Assembly (NCBI GenBank): GCA_963713825.1
Contig: CAVQNG010000003.1
Span: 1,504,001 to 1,568,000 of the forward strand
From: an uncultured Acidobacteriota bacterium
Lineage (GTDB): Bacteria > Acidobacteriota > Thermoanaerobaculia > Multivoradales > JAHEKO01
Reading direction: 5' to 3'
Length of the DNA: 64,000 bases
This document shows positions 29,300 through 39,604 of this stretch, piece by piece. Both the position numbers and the translations under genes were made by a program. Numbering within the stretch: the stretch's first letter is position 1; each line of letters begins with the position of its first letter. The notes below the pieces were generated by a model, which was not told the origin of the DNA, ran no database searches, and saw only the letters and a list, made by a program, of their open reading frames with translations.

Positions 29300-29846
29300 C
29301 TGTCAGTACCTTGCCGAACATGGAGTCCAGCAACTGCTGGCCGATAGGCTATCGGATCCTGGGCGCGAGCGGCGGCAGGAGCTGGTAGAGCACCTGCGAG
29401 CTTGTTTTGCTTGTCGGCAGGCCGCAGTCGAAGAAGATCCGACGCTCGTCTTCTCACTACTCGAGCCCGATCCCATGGGCGCAGAGCAGTTGGCGGATAT
29501 TCAGTCCTCCGTCAGGACACTACGGCGGTCCAGAGCCATTGACTTTTCGGACCGGCCCAGGTCGAGGGTCGGTGGAACGGCCGCCTTGGTGGCGGCGAGT
29601 CTGTTATTCGTCATCGCGCTGCTGCCTCTAACGGGCGGGCGACGCCTGGAGGAACAAAGCGAACCGGTCGGAGACTTGTTTACCGAGCAGCACTCTCTAG
29701 CCGAACCCGAATGGCAGCGGTGGATTGACGACCGGACAGCACCGCCGATGATCGAAGACCTGAACCGCCCCGATGCGAGGGTGTATCAGCTGACCGAAGA
29801 AGACCTGGCCGTGGTCATGATCGTCGATGAAACCCTGGATCTCTAG
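29292..29846 (+). CDS. Zinc-binding (HxxxCxxC) transmembrane anti-sigma factor
   Basis: HLRACFAC plus one TM; overlaps the ECF gene by 8 bp. Confidence 0.8.
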   Translation: MGSCQYLAEHGVQQLLADRLSDPGRERRQELVEHLRACFACRQAAVEEDPTLVFSLLEPDPMGAEQLADIQSSVRTLRRSRAIDFSDRPRSRVGGTAALVAASLLFVIALLPLTGGRRLEEQSEPVGDLFTEQHSLAEPEWQRWIDDRTAPPMIEDLNRPDARVYQLTEEDLAVVMIVDETLDL

Positions 29847-29943
29847 AGGTTGCCGAGTGTCCGATTCAGGCAGCCTTGCCGGCGGAAGGAAGAGGCAGTG
29901 AGCGGCGGGCCTGACAGCCCAAAGCCCTCCCACGGATCCTCCA

Positions 29944-30687
29944 GTGACACGGAAGTCTTCATACAGGACTCTGGCGCTGGGGGTGATCGCGGTACTGGCC
30001 CTTTCGACGTTGGCGGCAAGCGCCTCCGAACTGGATCCTATCGTCACCAGGACCTTCACCCTGCAACATCGTGCCGCTGCGGAGGCCATCAATCTGATCC
30101 ATCCGCTGCTGACAGCTCGCGGGGCCGTGGAGCTGCGCCCGGTAGGCAACACCCTGGTGATCCGGGACGGTTCGAAAACCGTGGAAGATGCCCTGGCGCT
30201 GTTGACGGAGTTCGATGTCCCAGCCCCACCCCTGCGCTTCGAGGTCAGAATCGTTCGAGCCGGCCTGGATGGTGCCGAGCCGGAACCTCGGAGTGCCGAA
30301 GCCCTGTCGCCAGCTCTCGTCGAACGACTGAAGGAGTTGCTGCGCTTCGACAGCTTCGAGCTGCTCTCGGGTGCCGATCTGGCGGCGGCAGAGAATCAGT
30401 ACCTCGAGTCCTGGATCGGCTCCGAGTTCCAGATCCGATTTCGAGTCGGAGCCGTTCAAGTCGACCGTCGCGTCAAGCTGCACGACTTCCAGGTGGCTCG
30501 GCGCCAGCAGGAGGGCGAGCCCGAGGTCATGATCCATACCAACTTGAGTCTCTGGTTGGACAAGCCGATGATCCTGGGACTGGCTCGCACCGAGTCGAGC
30601 GAACAGGCGCTTATGGTCGTGATTTATTGCACGTTGGAAGTGGCTGGGGAAGGGGGAAGCCCTCCAGTGCTTCCCGACCGGGACTAG
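29944..30687 (+). CDS. Exported protein with secretin N-domain-like (NolW-like) module
   Basis: Signal peptide; TRTFTLQHRAAAEAINLIHPLL...NTLVIRD...LTEFDVP..LRFEVRIV; no secretin barrel. Confidence 0.6.
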   Translation: MTRKSSYRTLALGVIAVLALSTLAASASELDPIVTRTFTLQHRAAAEAINLIHPLLTARGAVELRPVGNTLVIRDGSKTVEDALALLTEFDVPAPPLRFEVRIVRAGLDGAEPEPRSAEALSPALVERLKELLRFDSFELLSGADLAAAENQYLESWIGSEFQIRFRVGAVQVDRRVKLHDFQVARRQQEGEPEVMIHTNLSLWLDKPMILGLARTESSEQALMVVIYCTLEVAGEGGSPPVLPDRD

Positions 30688-30705
30688 AAGGCGGAGAGAA
30701 CGAGA

Positions 30706-31923
30706 ATGCAGTTCGTCTGTAGAGTCGGCACATCCGGTGGGCGGGTCCTGGAGGATGTGTTCGAAGCCAACGACGAGGCGGCGCTGAGGCAGCAGCTCAC
30801 CCAGCAGGGCTATCATGTCTTCGATGTGCGTCGCCGTGGGCCGATCGGCAGGCTGAAGCTCCCGGGCCGGTCCCGAGAGTCGAAGAGTATCGGTCTCCGA
30901 GATCTGACGGTCTTCAACCAGGAGTTCGCCGCCCTGCTGCGCTCGGGCCTCCCGATGCTGCAAGCTCTGGATCTGATGCTGGCGCGGCAAAAGGATCCGC
31001 TCTTCCACTCGACCCTGAGCGACATTCGGGACCGGGTGAAGAGTGGAGAGGACCTTTCATCGGCCATTGCTGCATACGGCGATATGTTTCCGCCGCTCTA
31101 CGCCGCAACCCTGAAGGCAGGTGAACGCAGCGGTGAGATGGAGCAGGTCATTCGACGGTTCATTCGCTACCTGCAGTTGGTGACCGAAACCCGCAAGAGG
31201 ATCGTCTCTGCCCTGGTCTATCCGGCCGCTCTTGTCGGCCTGTCGGTGGTCCTCATCGGTGTGATGACGATCTGGGTGATGCCTAGATTCACCGAGTTCT
31301 TTTCCAGCTTGAGAGTCGATCTGCCTCTCCTGACCCGTATCACCATGGGCATCTCGGTGTTCGTGAAGAACAACTTTCTGATCCTTCTCGTGGTCTTGGT
31401 CGGACTGGTCCTGGTGGTCATGAACATGACCCGGACCACAGCCGGACGCAACGCGCTGTCGCGGTTGCAGCTGAGGATCCCGCTGCTCGGCCCCTTATTT
31501 CACCGCTTGGCGCTGTCCGAATTTTGCCGCTCCCTGGCCACCCTCCTGGCTGGTGGAATACCGATCGTCGCCGGTCTCGAGGTGGCTGTCGGTGCGGTGA
31601 GCAACTCGTATTTCAAGCAGCGTCTGGAGCCGATGATCGATGGGGTCCGGGAGGGCCAATCGCTGGCTGCGAGTCTAGAGGAAACAGGCGCCGGATCGGA
31701 TATCGTCATCGACATGATCGAGGTGGGCGAAGCCACCGGCTCCCTGGACACCATGCTGTCCGATGTGTCGGATTTCCTGGATGAGGAGGTGGAGACGAAT
31801 CTGCAGCGCCTCTTGAGCCTTCTCGAGCCAGTCATGCTGGTCTTGATGGGCATCATCGTGGCGACGCTGCTGATCTCGGTCTATCTGCCACTATTCAGCC
31901 TGCTCGGACAGGTGGAGTCATGA
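30706..31923 (+). CDS. T2SS/T4P platform protein GspF/PilC
   Basis: FNQEFAALLRSGLP, AGERSG, SALVYP, MIEVGEATGSL, LLEPVM, YLPLF. Confidence 0.95.
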   Translation: MQFVCRVGTSGGRVLEDVFEANDEAALRQQLTQQGYHVFDVRRRGPIGRLKLPGRSRESKSIGLRDLTVFNQEFAALLRSGLPMLQALDLMLARQKDPLFHSTLSDIRDRVKSGEDLSSAIAAYGDMFPPLYAATLKAGERSGEMEQVIRRFIRYLQLVTETRKRIVSALVYPAALVGLSVVLIGVMTIWVMPRFTEFFSSLRVDLPLLTRITMGISVFVKNNFLILLVVLVGLVLVVMNMTRTTAGRNALSRLQLRIPLLGPLFHRLALSEFCRSLATLLAGGIPIVAGLEVAVGAVSNSYFKQRLEPMIDGVREGQSLAASLEETGAGSDIVIDMIEVGEATGSLDTMLSDVSDFLDEEVETNLQRLLSLLEPVMLVLMGIIVATLLISVYLPLFSLLGQVES

Positions 31924-31975
31924 AGCCGGTTCGTTTGGCGATCGTCTGCAACCGAGGAAAGGGAACTTTCGAGTC

Positions 31976-33622
31976 GTGAGCTCAGAGCAACTGGAAGAAG
32001 GCGCCATCCTGGTCGAACCGACCGCGGGCCTGGAGACCAACCATCGCAAGGAGGAGCGGGAAGCGGTCGAGCTGGCCCGGAAGTACGGGCTAGAGCTGGT
32101 CGACATGGCAAGGTTTCGGATCGATAACGACCTCCTGAGATCGATCCCCTTCGACATCATGCTGCGCTACAACTTCGTCCCCGAAGCCGAGGAGTCGGGT
32201 CGTCTGATCGTCGTCATGGTCGACCCTGGCGACATCACCAAGCTGGACGAATTGGAGCTTCTGCTAGGCAAGCCAATTGAGGTCAAGTTGGGGCGCCGCT
32301 CGGCCATCGAGGAGATCCTGAAGCGCTCCGAAGGCGCCCAGCGCGTTCTCGATGAAGCGTCGGAGGACTTTCGGCTCCAGTTGGTCCAGGAAGATGCGGA
32401 TGGGGACGAGGTGCTGTCGCTGGACAGCATCACGGCCGACAGCAGCCCCATCATCAAACTGGTCGATTCGACGATCTTCAATGCCATCCAGCGGCGGGCG
32501 AGCGACATCCATATCGAAACTCGTGAAACGGAAGTGGTCATCAAGTATCGGATCGACGGGGTCTTGTACCAGGCGATGGAGCCCATCGACCGGCGCCATC
32601 ATCAGACCATCATCAGTCGCATCAAGGTCATGGCCGAGTTGGACATTGCCGAGAGGCGCATTCCGCAAGACGGCCGCTTCAAGCTCCGCTTCGAAGGGCG
32701 CAATATCGACTTTCGCGTTTCCATCATGCCTTCGGTTCATGGCGAGGACGCGGTCATTAGAATCCTCGACAAGGAGTCCATGAGCAAGGAGTTCCGACAG
32801 CTGCGGCTCGACGTGCTGGGCCTCGATGGCGCCACCATCCAAAAGATGCGGAAGTTCATTCGCGAGCCCTATGGCATGGTTCTGGTGACCGGGCCGACGG
32901 GCTCTGGTAAGACCACCACTCTCTACGCCTGCGTGTCGGAGATCCAGTCCTCAGAGGACAAGATCGTCACTATCGAGGATCCGGTCGAGTATCAACTACG
33001 AGGTGTGACTCAGATCCCCGTCAACGAGAAGAAGGGGCTGACGTTCGCTCGCGGTCTGCGCTCGATCTTGCGCCACGACCCCGACAAGATCATGGTCGGT
33101 GAGATCCGGGACGAGGAGACGGCGCAGATCGCCGTGCAATCCGCCTTGACGGGACATCTGGTCTTCACCACCGTGCATGCCAACAACGTTGTCGATGTGC
33201 TGGGTCGCTTTCTCAACATGAACGTCGATCTCTACAATTTCGTTTCGGCTCTGAACTGCGTTCTAGCGCAACGTCTGGTACGCAACATCTGCACGCATTG
33301 TCGAACGGAAATGCAGCCATCGGAGGAGCTACTGCTGGACAGCGGTCTCGACCCGGCGATCACCAGCGATCGGAGTTTCTATGAAGGCAAGGGCTGCATC
33401 GAGTGCAGTGGAACCGGTTTTCTGGGACGTACCGCCATCTCCGAGCTATTGGACCTGTCGGATCACATCCGTGAGCTCATCCTGGAACGACGGCCCGCAT
33501 CGGAGATCAAGCGGGCCGCCCGAGAGGAGGGCATGACCTTCTTGCGCGAATCGGCTCTGCAGAGAGCTTTCGAAGGAGTGACGACGCTACGTGAGATCAA
33601 CAAGGTTACCTTCGTGGAGTAG
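31976..33622 (+). CDS. Extension ATPase GspE/PilB
   Basis: ASDIHIE, RIPQDGR, GPTGSGKTTTLY, IEDPVEY, LRHDPD, VGEIRD; tetra-Cys (CTHC, CIEC). Confidence 0.95.
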   Translation: MSSEQLEEGAILVEPTAGLETNHRKEEREAVELARKYGLELVDMARFRIDNDLLRSIPFDIMLRYNFVPEAEESGRLIVVMVDPGDITKLDELELLLGKPIEVKLGRRSAIEEILKRSEGAQRVLDEASEDFRLQLVQEDADGDEVLSLDSITADSSPIIKLVDSTIFNAIQRRASDIHIETRETEVVIKYRIDGVLYQAMEPIDRRHHQTIISRIKVMAELDIAERRIPQDGRFKLRFEGRNIDFRVSIMPSVHGEDAVIRILDKESMSKEFRQLRLDVLGLDGATIQKMRKFIREPYGMVLVTGPTGSGKTTTLYACVSEIQSSEDKIVTIEDPVEYQLRGVTQIPVNEKKGLTFARGLRSILRHDPDKIMVGEIRDEETAQIAVQSALTGHLVFTTVHANNVVDVLGRFLNMNVDLYNFVSALNCVLAQRLVRNICTHCRTEMQPSEELLLDSGLDPAITSDRSFYEGKGCIECSGTGFLGRTAISELLDLSDHIRELILERRPASEIKRAAREEGMTFLRESALQRAFEGVTTLREINKVTFVE

Positions 33623-34574
33623 GGGTCTACTGGGCCTCGATCCGGTGCCGATGCCGCCGCATGTCTTTGCGGTCGACGGCCTCCGTTTGCGCTATGGCTG
33701 CTTCGAGGAAAGTGAGCAGGGCTGGAGCTTGAGCACCTATAGAGAGGTGGCGTTGAGTGCGGACGCTTTCGTGCCGGGACCGCTCGGTAGTAGCCTTCGA
33801 GATCCGGAGCGGTTGCGGGTCCCGCTGACCGAGTTGTTGAGAAGCCTCGACTCGACGATCACTGACGCTTCCCTGGTCCTGCCAGATTCCTGGCTGAGAT
33901 TGGCGGTAGTCGAGGCGGAGAAGCTCCCCAGGGGCAGTGGCGCGCGGGAGGAGATCCTGCGCTGGAAGCTGCAGCAGATCATCCCATTCAAAGTCGAGGA
34001 CCTGCGGATTCGCGAGATGGAGTTGGCCCAGTTGCAGAAGAGACAGGGTGTCAAGCGCGTCCTGATCGGCTTCGGGCTCGACCAGCCCATGAGTCAGCTC
34101 GAGGAGCTCTTCGCCGAGCAGGGCATTCGCATCGGCAATCTCGTGAACCAGAGTCTGAGCACATTGACTGCAGTGGCCCACAACTTGCGGAACGTGGAGC
34201 TCGGAGCCGTCGTCCTCCTGACCAAGGACGGCTACAGCCTTTCGTTCCTCTATCGTGGTGAGCCCTTGCTGCATCGCCATCGGACACTGGCCGGTCAGTC
34301 GATCGCCGACCTGCCCGAAGGCATGGTCACTCGGGACCTCAACCTGACCAAGGTATTTCTCGAAGATCTTGTCGGTGGAGTCGGGTTGGAGCGCATCCTC
34401 CTCGTGGGCCCTGCAGAGACGCTTGGACCCTGGGGGAAGTTGTTGGAAGAGGGTTTCGGAGTCCCCCCTCTGCCGCTGGAAACCGAGTACCTGGCCTTGG
34501 CTGGTGATCTGTCCGGATCTTCCATTGATGAGCTGGCTCCTGTATTTGGCGCTGCGGCCCAGAGGATCACATGA
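33591..34574 (+). CDS. PilM-like alignment protein (start uncertain)
   Basis: Follows the ATPase; LVLPDSW...ILRWKL...IPF; soluble protein ahead of PilN/PilO-like genes. Confidence 0.65.
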   Translation: MRSTRLPSWSRGLLGLDPVPMPPHVFAVDGLRLRYGCFEESEQGWSLSTYREVALSADAFVPGPLGSSLRDPERLRVPLTELLRSLDSTITDASLVLPDSWLRLAVVEAEKLPRGSGAREEILRWKLQQIIPFKVEDLRIREMELAQLQKRQGVKRVLIGFGLDQPMSQLEELFAEQGIRIGNLVNQSLSTLTAVAHNLRNVELGAVVLLTKDGYSLSFLYRGEPLLHRHRTLAGQSIADLPEGMVTRDLNLTKVFLEDLVGGVGLERILLVGPAETLGPWGKLLEEGFGVPPLPLETEYLALAGDLSGSSIDELAPVFGAAAQRIT

Positions 34575-35320
34575 AGCCGGCTGCGATGAATCTGGCTTCG
34601 AGGCCATTCACCAACGAGCAGCCGGTGATTCGCTCCTCGGTCCTGCTGTGGATCTTGGGCCTGGCGCTTCTGGTCCTGAACATCACCCTCTATTACAGGC
34701 ACATCGAGGGCAAGGGTGAGTTGCAGGAATTGTTGCGGCAGACGGACAAGCGTTTGATCGAGGAAACGGAGGCGATCGAGCACCTGCGAGGCGAGTTGGG
34801 GCAATTGGACCTGGTGCGACAAAACGAGCAGGTGACGTTTCTCAACTCACAGATTGCCCTGCGGATCTTCTCGTGGAGCGCTCTGTTCGATCGGCTGGCG
34901 GAAGTCGTCCCTGCGGCGATCCAGATGAAAGGAATCTCGCCGAATATCGTCGAGGCCAAAGATGCCGATCCTCGCGGTCGGCGCGGCGACTCATCGGACG
35001 AGATGGTAAAAGTCGACTTGCAGGGAACGACCCGCAGTCCCGAAGCCGTCCTCGAGTTGGTAGACGCCTTGTTCGCTCATCCCAGTTTCCTGGATCCCGA
35101 TCTAACGCGGGAGTCCTTCGCGGCCGGTCAGGACAACAGTTTTGCTCTTTCGGTGTTCTACCTCCCGGGCCGGGCTGAAGAAGAGGTCCCCCTGGAGAAC
35201 TCGATGGACACGATGCCTGCGGAGACCGAGGAAACGTCCCTGGACGTCGATGAAGTCGACGAGGAGCTTGCCCAGGATCCTGTCACCCAGGGTCAGGTGT
35301 CGATGGAGGACAGCGAATGA
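34571..35320 (+). CDS. PilN-like protein
   Basis: MNLASRPF, one TM, coiled coil, WSALFDRLAEVVP. Confidence 0.8.
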   Translation: MKPAAMNLASRPFTNEQPVIRSSVLLWILGLALLVLNITLYYRHIEGKGELQELLRQTDKRLIEETEAIEHLRGELGQLDLVRQNEQVTFLNSQIALRIFSWSALFDRLAEVVPAAIQMKGISPNIVEAKDADPRGRRGDSSDEMVKVDLQGTTRSPEAVLELVDALFAHPSFLDPDLTRESFAAGQDNSFALSVFYLPGRAEEEVPLENSMDTMPAETEETSLDVDEVDEELAQDPVTQGQVSMEDSE

Positions 35321-35919
35321 TCTCGGCGCAGAGTCCCTGGCGGGCGCGACTCAAGATCTGGCTTCCGGCTCTGATCCTGGTGGTGCTGAACCTGGGGGTT
35401 CTCTCCACCTACCGCTTTCTGCTCGCCGGCCAGGCCCAGATCCAGGCCGGGAGGGTCGAGCGCAGACAGGCTCGGGTGGCAGAGCTCGAGGCGGAGCGCC
35501 TCGTTCTCGAAGAAGCGGCGACTGATGTCAAACGCAACAGAGAGCTCGTTGACAGGCTTTTCGAGGGGTGGCTTACCCCCGAGAGCGAGAGACTGACCGC
35601 CGTGATCGGGGAGGTCAAGGGTCTGGCGCAAGCGGCTGGAGTCGAGTACTCCAGCTTCAGCTATCCCGACCAGCTGCTCGAGGACGAGGGCCTGGTCAAG
35701 CGCTCGCTCGTTTTCACCGTCGAGGGTACTTATCTCGAGCTCCGAAGCTTCATCAATTTGATCGAGGTCTCCGACCTGTTCCTCATCCTGGAGTCGGTTC
35801 GACTGACCGGTGGATCCCGAGAAGGTCCGCAGGTCCGCGTCTCGATGACCGTTTCGACGCTCTTTGTTCTGGATGGACCGGACCCGGCAGGGAGCGACCA
35901 GCCGGAGATTTCGAGCTGA
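35317..35919 (+). CDS. PilO/GspM-like protein
   Basis: One TM, coiled coil, VEGTYLELRSFINLIE. Confidence 0.8.
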   Translation: MISAQSPWRARLKIWLPALILVVLNLGVLSTYRFLLAGQAQIQAGRVERRQARVAELEAERLVLEEAATDVKRNRELVDRLFEGWLTPESERLTAVIGEVKGLAQAAGVEYSSFSYPDQLLEDEGLVKRSLVFTVEGTYLELRSFINLIEVSDLFLILESVRLTGGSREGPQVRVSMTVSTLFVLDGPDPAGSDQPEISS

Positions 35920-36524
35920 TGAGCACAGACCAGCGGAAGAGGGTGCTGTTTGGGGCGCTTCTGGTGGTGATGCTCGCCATCGTCTGGCGACAGGTCGGAC
36001 CACGGTTCGGGGGCGGCGGCGGGGCGAGCGACGTCGGTTCTCGCGCTCGGTCTGCCACGAATGGAGCCATCGTGTCGGTACTCGATTTACCCGAGGTCGT
36101 CGAATTGCGACTCGGGGATCTCGAGAAGATGGCCGGTCAGTTCAGGCCGGGCCGAGACCCCTTTCGTTTTGGAGAGGTCGAGGCGGTCGAGGCCGAGCCG
36201 ACGGCGGACGAGGCTGCCGATGCCGAGCGCGAGGCGGCGGCGTTGGAAGCCATGCGCCGGGCGATGGAAGCGCGACGAAGCCAGACTTCGGATGCTCCCA
36301 GCAGGCCAGCGCTGCCGGATCTCGACGTCAAGTTCCTGGGCAGTTTCGGACCTCGGCAGAAGCGGCTGGCGGTTTTCAGTGACGGTGACGAGATCTTCAA
36401 CGTTCTGGAGGGCGGGATTTTGAAGCGCCATTTCGTAATCAGGCAGATCGGTTTCGAGTCCGTAGACGTCGGCTACGCCGACTATCCGGACGAGCCGCCG
36501 ATTCGGTTGGCGGTGGGAGGGTAG
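35919..36524 (+). CDS. PilP/GspC-like protein
   Basis: Start ATG 35919 overlaps the PilO stop; one TM, GRDPFRF, KFLGSFG...AVFSDG...VLEGG; directly before the secretin. Confidence 0.65.
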   Translation: MSTDQRKRVLFGALLVVMLAIVWRQVGPRFGGGGGASDVGSRARSATNGAIVSVLDLPEVVELRLGDLEKMAGQFRPGRDPFRFGEVEAVEAEPTADEAADAEREAAALEAMRRAMEARRSQTSDAPSRPALPDLDVKFLGSFGPRQKRLAVFSDGDEIFNVLEGGILKRHFVIRQIGFESVDVGYADYPDEPPIRLAVGG

Positions 36525-36525
36525 T

Positions 36526-39093
36526 ATGCTGAAGGCGGTGAAGATGTCAAGCAACCAAACTCGAAGACTCGCGGTGCTGGTCCTGGCGCTCATGGTAGCG
36601 GCCTGCTCCGGCTATCGAGACGCGCGGGATGCGCAGATCGCCGAGCAGAAGGGCGACTGGGACACAGCAGTGCTGCTGTACCTCGAGCTGGCGGAACAGA
36701 ACCCGAGTAACGTCTCGTATCGAACGGGTCTGCTGCGCGCCAAGATCAAAGCCTCCCAGATGCATTTTGAGCGTGGCAAGGACCTCTACGACGCAGGGGT
36801 CCTGGACCGGGCCATCGAGGAGTATCGGCAGGCGGTACAGCTCGATCCGAGCAATCAGTACGCGCAGGTCGAGTTGGAGAAATCGGTCTACGCTCTGGCC
36901 AGAGCCCAGGATGGATCGCAGCCAGAGACGCTGGCCGAGATGAAAGAGAGCATGCGGGGCAGTCGTGCCCAGCCGCCGGTGCTCAACCCGCGCTCCAACG
37001 AGCCGATTTCGCTCGCCTTCCCGAAGCCGGTGAGTGTCACCAGTATCTATCGCGCTCTTGGCAAGGCCTACGGCATCGACGTCTTGTTCGATCCCAAGAT
37101 GAGAGAGCAGGAGATCACCATCGAGTTGGAGGACGCGACAGCGAAAGAAGCTCTAGAGATCCTGATGAGGGCTGCCGGCCATTTCTACAAGGTTCTCAAT
37201 GAGCAGACGATCATTGTCGTCGAGGACAGTCCCCAGAATCGACGGGCCTACGAGGATCTCGTCATCCAGACCTTCTTCCTCTCGAACGCTGAAGTCAAAG
37301 ACGTGATGACCATGCTACGAAGCCTGGTCGGGGCGAAGAGTGTCGCCGCCAACGATCAGCTCAACGCCATCGCGCTGCGCGACACGGCCGACAAGGTCAA
37401 AGTGGCCGAGAGCATCATCCGGACGAACGACAAATCACGGGGCGAGGTGGTTGTCGACGTCGAGCTGCTGCAAATCAATACCAGCAAGCTGCAGGAGCTC
37501 GGGGTGTTGCTGACCGACTACTCGATCACGCAATTTCTGGACCCGGCGCTGCAGGTTGCCGATACGGGAGCGTTCCGAGTCTCGGATCTGGAGTTCATCA
37601 ACCAGGGCGATTGGCTGGTGACCATCCCGGGATTCGTCTATGACTTCGTCAAGACCAGCACCGAAGCGCAGCTGCTGGCCAGTCCGCAGGTCCGTATCAG
37701 CGACGGCGAGCAGGCCACCGTACATATCGGCGAGCAGGTTCCCATACCGGTGACGAGCTTCAATACCTCGGGGACCATCGGTGGCAACATCGTGCCGATC
37801 ACTTCCTTTCAGTACCAGGACATCGGCATCCGGCTCGATATTCAGCCCCGTTTGCACCACAACAAGGAGATCACGCTCGAGCTCAAGGTTGAAGTGAGCA
37901 ACATCTCCGGATTTGTGACTGGCGTTGGGGAGCAGCAACAGCCGATCATCGGCACACGCCGCGTCGAGTCCACCATTCGCCTCATGGATGGTGAGACCAA
38001 CTTCCTGGCTGGTTTGATTCGGACGGACGAAACAGTGACCGATACCGGCATTCCCGGGTTGATGGATCTGCCGCTGATCGGACGCCTGTTCACGCACAAG
38101 AAGACCGACGCCAAACGTACCGATCTGATCTTGACGCTGACCCCGCACATCATTCGGACCCCGAATGTGGATGCCGAGGATCTGGCGCCGATCTGGGTCG
38201 GGACCGAGGCCAACATCACTTTCCGAGGCGGCAGCCCCCGGGTCGAGTCGGATGTGGAAGGCCCCTTCGATGAGGGTGAGGACGAGGATGCCGAGCGGAT
38301 TCGCGAGATGATCCGACGCCGCATCCAGAATCTACCTCGTGGCTTGCAAGATGCGGCGGGGGAGGGAGAGCAGGGCACCGAGGAGCTCCCCGATTCGATC
38401 AACCTGACGCCTTCGGCGGCGCCAGGCGACATTTTCGACGGTCCGGTGGATCGTGAAACAGAAGGTGGGCCTCTGAGTGGAGATCCGCTGGACGAGCCGC
38501 CGCCCAACGACCAGGCCTCGAAAGCCTTCTCGACACCGCTCGCTCCGACGATGCTGACGGTTGCCCTTCAGGTCGATAGCGAGAAGACGGCCGAGAAGGG
38601 GCCGCCCAAAGTGGAACTCGAGCTCCAACCAGTGCGGCCGCTAGTGGCTCCCGGTGCCACATTCGATGTGAAGCTCGTGGTCAATGCCAGGGTGCCTGTC
38701 TCACATCTACCGGTGACCCTGACCTTCGATCCCCGGGTTCTGGAGGTGGTCCACGTCCAACGAGGCGGCTTTCTGGGTTCTTCGGGCCAGGCACAGTTCA
38801 TGGCGGACACTTCGAATCCGGGGCGAGTCGTGTTGGGTGCCAGTCGTGTCGGCCAGCGGCCTGGGGTCACCGGCACGGGCCTCGTCGCCAACCTTCGATT
38901 CCGCGCTCTGGAGGAGGGTCAGACGACTGTGGGCTTCGAAAAGGGCAGGGCTCTGGACCAGCGACTGAAGCCAATCAATCCCGTCGGTAGAGCCGTGGCC
39001 GTGGTTCGGGTCTCGGGTACCGCCAAGCGCAGAGATGCTGCCGAGAGGCCATCCCGGCCAGACGACTCCTCACCGCCTCCACGAGAGCGCTAG
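36526..39093 (+). CDS. Lipoprotein secretin (GspD/PilQ family) with N-terminal TPR and C-terminal cohesin-like domain
   Basis: Lipobox VAAC; TPR-like EYRQAVQLDPSN; LLASPQV, IGEQVPI, YQDIGIRL, GIPGLMDLPLIGRLF, LTLTPHII; cohesin-like LTFDPRVLEV...GTGLVANLRFRA. Confidence 0.9.
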   Translation: MLKAVKMSSNQTRRLAVLVLALMVAACSGYRDARDAQIAEQKGDWDTAVLLYLELAEQNPSNVSYRTGLLRAKIKASQMHFERGKDLYDAGVLDRAIEEYRQAVQLDPSNQYAQVELEKSVYALARAQDGSQPETLAEMKESMRGSRAQPPVLNPRSNEPISLAFPKPVSVTSIYRALGKAYGIDVLFDPKMREQEITIELEDATAKEALEILMRAAGHFYKVLNEQTIIVVEDSPQNRRAYEDLVIQTFFLSNAEVKDVMTMLRSLVGAKSVAANDQLNAIALRDTADKVKVAESIIRTNDKSRGEVVVDVELLQINTSKLQELGVLLTDYSITQFLDPALQVADTGAFRVSDLEFINQGDWLVTIPGFVYDFVKTSTEAQLLASPQVRISDGEQATVHIGEQVPIPVTSFNTSGTIGGNIVPITSFQYQDIGIRLDIQPRLHHNKEITLELKVEVSNISGFVTGVGEQQQPIIGTRRVESTIRLMDGETNFLAGLIRTDETVTDTGIPGLMDLPLIGRLFTHKKTDAKRTDLILTLTPHIIRTPNVDAEDLAPIWVGTEANITFRGGSPRVESDVEGPFDEGEDEDAERIREMIRRRIQNLPRGLQDAAGEGEQGTEELPDSINLTPSAAPGDIFDGPVDRETEGGPLSGDPLDEPPPNDQASKAFSTPLAPTMLTVALQVDSEKTAEKGPPKVELELQPVRPLVAPGATFDVKLVVNARVPVSHLPVTLTFDPRVLEVVHVQRGGFLGSSGQAQFMADTSNPGRVVLGASRVGQRPGVTGTGLVANLRFRALEEGQTTVGFEKGRALDQRLKPINPVGRAVAVVRVSGTAKRRDAAERPSRPDDSSPPPRER

Positions 39094-39119
39094 TCGGTTG
39101 GCGGAGGAAGCAGCAGGAG

Positions 39120-39602
39120 ATGTCCAGCATCCGATCGAGGTTCGACCCGCGCCGGAAGCGCGGCTACACCATGGTGGAAATGGTGGTCGTCTGCGCACTC
39201 CTGGTGATCGTGGCGGCGGTCGCACTCCCTACCGCCAAGTACTCCATCAAGCGCGGCAAGGAGATGGAGCTCAGGCAGGCCCTGCGCCAGATGCGCAACG
39301 CCATCGACGAGTTCAAGCGCTACAGCGACGCGGGGCTGATTCCAGTCGAGCTCGGCACCGATGGGTACCCTTCCGAGTTGGAGATCCTGATCGAAGGGGT
39401 CGAGGTCGTGGGTCAGATCGACAAGTCGGTCCGATTTCTGCGTCGCCTCCCGGTGGATCCCATGACCGGTGAGGCCGAATGGGGTCTGAGGAGCTTTCAG
39501 GACGATTTCGACTCCGACTCGTGGGGGGGCGAGAATGTCTTCGATGTCTATTCGCTGAGCGAAGGAGTGGGCCTCGACGGGGTCCCGTATCAGGAGTGGT
39601 GA
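39120..39602 (+). CDS. Pseudopilin (GspG-like)
   Basis: RG/YTMVEMVVV; KEMELRQALRQMRNAID; YPSELE; FLRRLPVDPMTG. Confidence 0.85.
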   Translation: MSSIRSRFDPRRKRGYTMVEMVVVCALLVIVAAVALPTAKYSIKRGKEMELRQALRQMRNAIDEFKRYSDAGLIPVELGTDGYPSELEILIEGVEVVGQIDKSVRFLRRLPVDPMTGEAEWGLRSFQDDFDSDSWGGENVFDVYSLSEGVGLDGVPYQEW

Positions 39603-39604
39603 AG

